39,816 bases of DNA, taken from Escherichia phage BA14. The stretch is taken from the sequence record NC_011040.1. One strand, given 5' to 3'. The stretch's first letter is position 1, and the number at the start of each line of letters is the position of its first letter. The notes beneath the pieces were generated by a model that saw nothing but the letters and a program-made list of their open reading frames with translations, searched no databases and was not told the DNA's origin. Shown here piece after piece: positions 36,210 through 39,816 of this stretch. The position numbers were made by a program, and so were the translations under genes.

Positions 36210-36653
36210 ATGCTCAAGAATTTAAAGAGCTACGCCATCGCTGTGGCCTTTGCCTTGGGGATGACCCTTGCGTACAACCACGGCTATGACAAGGCTAACA
36301 CTAAATGGGAACAGGAGGTGCACAATGAGTACGTTAAGAAAGTTGAGGCGACTGCGGATAAACAGGCTGCTCTCAATGAAGTCTCACGACAATACCAAGA
36401 AGACCTTGCGGCGCTGGAAGGCAGCACTGATAGGGTCATTAATGATTTGCGTAACGATGGTAAGCGGCTGCGTGTCAAACTATCAGCCACCTCACGAGAA
36501 CTCCAAGCTAACGGTGGATGCCTCGTTGATGGTCGAGCCGAACTTGACGAAGAGTTTAGTAAGCGTCTTATCGGAGTAACTCAAAGAGGGGATGCGTGGA
36601 TTAAAGCGCTCCAAAATACAATAACTGAAATGCAATCTAAGAAGGAGAAATAA
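36210..36653 (+). CDS. 18.5: Inner-membrane spanin Rz (gp18.5)
   Basis: 147 aa from ATG 36210 (RBS GGGGAGGG); N-terminal TM helix and KWEQEVHNEYVKKVEA, YQEDLAALEGSTDR match T7 gp18.5. Confidence 0.9.
   Translation: MLKNLKSYAIAVAFALGMTLAYNHGYDKANTKWEQEVHNEYVKKVEATADKQAALNEVSRQYQEDLAALEGSTDRVINDLRNDGKRLRVKLSATSRELQANGGCLVDGRAELDEEFSKRLIGVTQRGDAWIKALQNTITEMQSKKEK
36325..36579 (+). CDS. 18.7: Outer-membrane lipoprotein spanin Rz1 (gp18.7), embedded in +1 frame of 18.5
   Basis: 84 aa from ATG 36325 (RBS AGGAGGTG); signal/lipobox LMICVTMVSGC and C-terminal DASLMVEPNLT as in T7 gp18.7. Confidence 0.85.
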   Translation: MSTLRKLRRLRINRLLSMKSHDNTKKTLRRWKAALIGSLMICVTMVSGCVSNYQPPHENSKLTVDASLMVEPNLTKSLVSVLSE

Positions 36654-36654
36654 T

Positions 36655-37212
36655 ATGGCTACTACAAACTCAAGAACCCGCACACTCTGGACCATCAATG
36701 GTCGCTCACCAGACAGTCGTGATGTGTATGACCACAACAATATTGGCCTTCGTGTTGGGCGTATCGACATCCCAGCTTCGGAGATGGTTAAGGTTGAGGG
36801 CTACTCTAAGGTTGAATACATTATCCAACTGAGTGATGGCACCACTGAGCAACATGCTACGTTCGAGACCCTTATGTCCACTTGGGGTGGCTCCGTCGAG
36901 TCTAAACCGGGTAGCGGGTTCATGACGGTGTTCCTGAATGAGCAAAGCACTGAGCGACTCGGTATGGTTCGAATCGACGTATACAAAGAGTGGACTGGTG
37001 CTGACCCTGAACCTGAAGGTGGTAGGGCTTCCTTAGTTAGTGCAACGCTTTCTGCGTCTGATAGTGCATTTGGTACACAGTTCGTGGATAGCGAAGGGAA
37101 GAGTGCTTCCGTTATGTTCCAACCTAGTGACATCGACGGGGCTGTATCTAAGACCGACACTATCAAGGCTCTTGAGAAGCGCATCGCTGACTTAGAGAAA
37201 GCTGCCAAGTAA
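36655..37212 (+). CDS. Hypothetical late protein, unplaced between spanins and large terminase
   Basis: 185-aa ORF with strong RBS GAAGGAGA; starts 2 nt after the Rz stop; no TM segment; C-terminal amphipathic stretch TIKALEKRIADLEKAAK. Confidence 0.7.
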   Translation: MATTNSRTRTLWTINGRSPDSRDVYDHNNIGLRVGRIDIPASEMVKVEGYSKVEYIIQLSDGTTEQHATFETLMSTWGGSVESKPGSGFMTVFLNEQSTERLGMVRIDVYKEWTGADPEPEGGRASLVSATLSASDSAFGTQFVDSEGKSASVMFQPSDIDGAVSKTDTIKALEKRIADLEKAAK

Positions 37213-37227
37213 CAATAGGAGGCCACA

Positions 37228-38985
37228 ATGTCTACTCAAGCAAACAAGAATGCGCTCATCGTGGCGCAACTTAAGGGTGACTTCGTGGCCTTCCTGTTCG
37301 TCTTATGGAAGGCTCTGAACTTACCTAAACCAACCAAGTGTCAGATTGATATGGCACGTACACTCGCTAACGGCGACCACAAGAAGTTTATCCTTCAGGC
37401 GTTCCGTGGTATCGGCAAGTCCTTTATCACCTGTGCGTTCGTTGTGTGGGTCTTATGGCGTGACCCTCAACTTAAGGTGCTCATTGTGTCTGCCTCTAAG
37501 GAACGTGCGGACGCTAACTCCATCTTCATTAAGAACATCATTGACCTGCTGCCATTCCTCGCTGAGTTGAAACCTCGACCGGGACAGCGTGACTCTGTGA
37601 TTAGCTTCGACGTTGGCTTGGCGAAACCCGACCACTCACCTTCTGTGAAGTCTGTGGGTATCACTGGTCAGTTGACTGGTAGTCGTGCTGACATCATTAT
37701 CGCAGATGACGTTGAGGTTCCCGGCAACAGTTCTACAAGCTCTGCTCGTGAGAAGCTGTGGACACTGGTAACTGAGTTTGCTGCGTTACTTAAGCCGTTA
37801 CCTACCTCTCGCGTTATCTACCTTGGGACACCTCAAACCGAGATGACTCTCTATAAGGAACTTGAGGATAACAAAGGGTACAGCACAGTAATCTGGCCAG
37901 CACAGTATCCACGCAATGACGCTGAGGCTCTCTACTATGGCGACCGACTGGCTCCTATGCTTAAGCAAGAGTATGATGAAGGCTACGAGATTCTTCGTGG
38001 ACAACCTACTGACCCTATTCGATTCGATATGGATGACCTCCGTGAACGTGAACTCGAATATGGCAAAGCTGGCTACACTCTTCAGTTCATGCTCAACCCT
38101 AACCTGTCCGATGCTGAGAAGTACCCGCTGAGGCTCCGTGATGCCATTGTGTGCGCAGTGGACACTGAACGTGCCCCATTGTCCTACCAGTGGTTGCCGA
38201 ACCGTCAGAACCGCAATGAGGAACTTCCTAACGTGGGTCTGAAGGGTGACGACATTCACAGCTTCCATGTGTGTTCCTCTAAGACCGCTGAGTACCAGCA
38301 AAAGATTCTCGTCATTGACCCCTCTGGTCGTGGTAAGGATGAAACGGGTTACGCAGTCCTCTACACCCTGAATGGCTACATCTACTTGATGGAAGTCGGT
38401 GGGTTCCGTGGTGGCTACGATGACCCTACCCTAGAGAAGCTCGCTAAGAAGGCCAAGCAGTGGAAGGTACAGACGGTCGTACACGAGAGTAACTTCGGTG
38501 ATGGTATGTTCGGTAAGGTATTCTCTCCGGTTCTCCTGAAGCACCACAAGTGTGCCTTAGAAGAGATTCGTGCTCGTGGCATGAAGGAGATGCGTATCTG
38601 CGACACTATCGAACCGTTGATGGGCGCACACCGCCTTATCATCCGTGACGAAGTAATCCGTGAGGACTACCAGACCGCTCGTGACCTTGATGGGAAACAT
38701 GATGTTCGCTATAGTGCGTTCTATCAGATGACCCGTATGACTCGTGAGAAGGGCGCTGTGGCACACGATGACCGACTTGATGCTATCGCATTGGGTATCG
38801 AGTTCCTTCGTGAAGGGATGCAGGTGGACTCTAAGGTGGGCGAGGAAGCTATGACACTTGAGTTCCTTGAACACCACATGGAGAAACCTATCATCGGTGG
38901 TGACATGGCTCGTGAGTTAGTGTCTGGAGGTGTGGACATCTACTATGAGGACGATGGCGATGGAGAGTGCTTCATTGAGTGGTAA
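37228..38985 (+). CDS. 19: Terminase large subunit (gp19)
   Basis: 585 aa, RBS TAGGAGG; Walker A-like FRGIGKS and extensive collinearity with T7 gp19. Confidence 0.97.
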   Translation: MSTQANKNALIVAQLKGDFVAFLFVLWKALNLPKPTKCQIDMARTLANGDHKKFILQAFRGIGKSFITCAFVVWVLWRDPQLKVLIVSASKERADANSIFIKNIIDLLPFLAELKPRPGQRDSVISFDVGLAKPDHSPSVKSVGITGQLTGSRADIIIADDVEVPGNSSTSSAREKLWTLVTEFAALLKPLPTSRVIYLGTPQTEMTLYKELEDNKGYSTVIWPAQYPRNDAEALYYGDRLAPMLKQEYDEGYEILRGQPTDPIRFDMDDLRERELEYGKAGYTLQFMLNPNLSDAEKYPLRLRDAIVCAVDTERAPLSYQWLPNRQNRNEELPNVGLKGDDIHSFHVCSSKTAEYQQKILVIDPSGRGKDETGYAVLYTLNGYIYLMEVGGFRGGYDDPTLEKLAKKAKQWKVQTVVHESNFGDGMFGKVFSPVLLKHHKCALEEIRARGMKEMRICDTIEPLMGAHRLIIRDEVIREDYQTARDLDGKHDVRYSAFYQMTRMTREKGAVAHDDRLDAIALGIEFLREGMQVDSKVGEEAMTLEFLEHHMEKPIIGGDMARELVSGGVDIYYEDDGDGECFIEW

Positions 38986-39072
38986 TAGATAAGTATGCGG
39001 GAAAGGTGCATAGGTAAGCACTTAGTACCGCTACGTTATCATCAAGTAACTTACTGATATACATGAAGAAAT

Positions 39073-39095
39073 TAATACGACTCACTATTGGGAAG
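39073..39095 (+). promoter_or_regulatory. Phage RNAP promoter TAATACGACTCACTATTGGGAAG (phiOR-like)
   Basis: T7-family promoter downstream of gene 19, oriented toward the right end. Confidence 0.85.
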
Positions 39096-39180
39096 GGCAC
39101 CCTAAGACAACTTAAAGACACTTATAGACTGCATATTCAAAGTGCATACTTAGTGACTACTCTTAGAGACCCTTACAGTG

Positions 39181-39210
39181 AGGGATGATAGTAATTGTAA
39201 TTACATCCCT
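39181..39210 (+). other. Stable stem-loop in the leader of gene 19.5
   Basis: AGGGAT-gata-GTAATTgtAATTAC-ATCCCT: outer 6-bp and inner 6-bp stems. Confidence 0.4.
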
Positions 39211-39251
39211 ACTAACAGTGTAACCATCAAGTATAACAAGGAGGACGCTCT

Positions 39252-39407
39252 ATGCGCTTACTATCCGTGCTCAAGACACTGGCAACGCATCGAGTGACCT
39301 ACAAATTTCTCGTTGTACTTGCTGCTTCCATTGGTCTCGCATCTAGTGCTGAACACATCGGTGAACTGGAGACTCTGCTTTGTTCTCTACTCACTTGTGT
39401 TTCTTAG
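39252..39407 (+). CDS. 19.5: gp19.5 small protein
   Basis: 51-aa ORF with RBS AAGGAGG; HRVTYKFLVVL resembles T7 gp19.5 as I recall it. Confidence 0.7.
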   Translation: MRLLSVLKTLATHRVTYKFLVVLAASIGLASSAEHIGELETLLCSLLTCVS

Positions 39408-39575
39408 GCTACTCATTGGCGCTTAGTGCGCTCTTAGTGATTATGGTCGATATACATCTTCCCTATAATCACTGTAAGAAGTCAACTCTAAGAGTATCCC
39501 TTATGTACCCTCTATGGTCTACAGGGTCTCTTAGGGTCTCACCTTATGATAGAGCCTCTGTGGTTAACCTTATGA
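39405..39575. repeat. Array of CTCTTAG/CCTTATG heptamer repeats just inside the right terminal repeat
   Basis: CTCTTAG/CTCTAAG and CCTTATG copies at roughly 39430, 39487, 39499, 39528, 39542 and 39568, mirroring the left-end array. Confidence 0.6.
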
Positions 39576-39622
39576 GACTTGATGTACCCTTTAAGAATCC
39601 TACAGAAAAATCTGAGTGGGTA

Positions 39623-39816
39623 TCTCATAGTTCATACAAAGTGTTTACCCCCTATGGCCTCCTTCAGTTCCCCAAAGAGTGCCACCCCTTATGGTAACTT
39701 ATGGTTTACTTAATGTCAATCATTATGTGAGACATTGGGTGAATCATTGGGATGACCACTAGATATAGTGTGTGGGAGACCTTATGACCACTATATGTAG
39801 TCCTCTCTGTGTCCCT
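39623..39816. repeat. Right direct terminal repeat (exact copy of 1-194)
   Basis: Identical to bases 1-194. Confidence 0.95.

Noticed and set aside
39380-39697. 105-aa ORF reading into the right terminal repeat
   Set aside because: Crosses the heptamer repeat array into the terminal repeat, has no RBS, and an equivalent reading frame would exist at the left end only by repetition; T7-like phages have no gene there.

Overview
The window appears to be a complete linear genome of a T7-like podophage (39,816 bp), bounded by exact 194-bp direct terminal repeats (1-194 = 39623-39816). All credible genes are on the + strand in canonical T7 order: early region (four host-type sigma70 promoter candidates, a T3-type SAM-cleaving anti-restriction gene 0.3, protein kinase 0.7, single-subunit RNA polymerase), DNA metabolism region (1.1, 1.2, ligase, gp2, SSB, endonuclease I, amidase, primase-helicase, 4.3, an HNH endonuclease, DNA polymerase, 5.5, 5.7, exonuclease) and late region (6.5, 6.7, 7.3, portal, scaffold, capsid 10A/10B, tail tubular 11/12, core 13-16, tail fiber, holin, small terminase, spanins, large terminase, 19.5). 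I found 16 phage-RNAP promoters of the T7 family (core CGACTCACTA(T/A)TGGGAGA, T rather than A at -1), two intrinsic terminators in the T7 TE and Tphi positions, and a family of RNase III-type hairpins. Beyond the backbone, the most interesting items are two unplaced 185-aa genes (one promoter-bracketed between gene 1 and gene 1.1, one between the spanins and the large terminase), an HNH endonuclease overlapping the GTG start of the DNA polymerase, several tiny hydrophobic ORFs around middle promoters, a capsid -1 frameshift site of the dnaX type, an unusually long structured gene 10 leader, and repeat expansion in the tail-fiber shaft. All homology statements rest on my recollection of T7/T3 protein sequences and on motifs read in the sequence; no database search was run.
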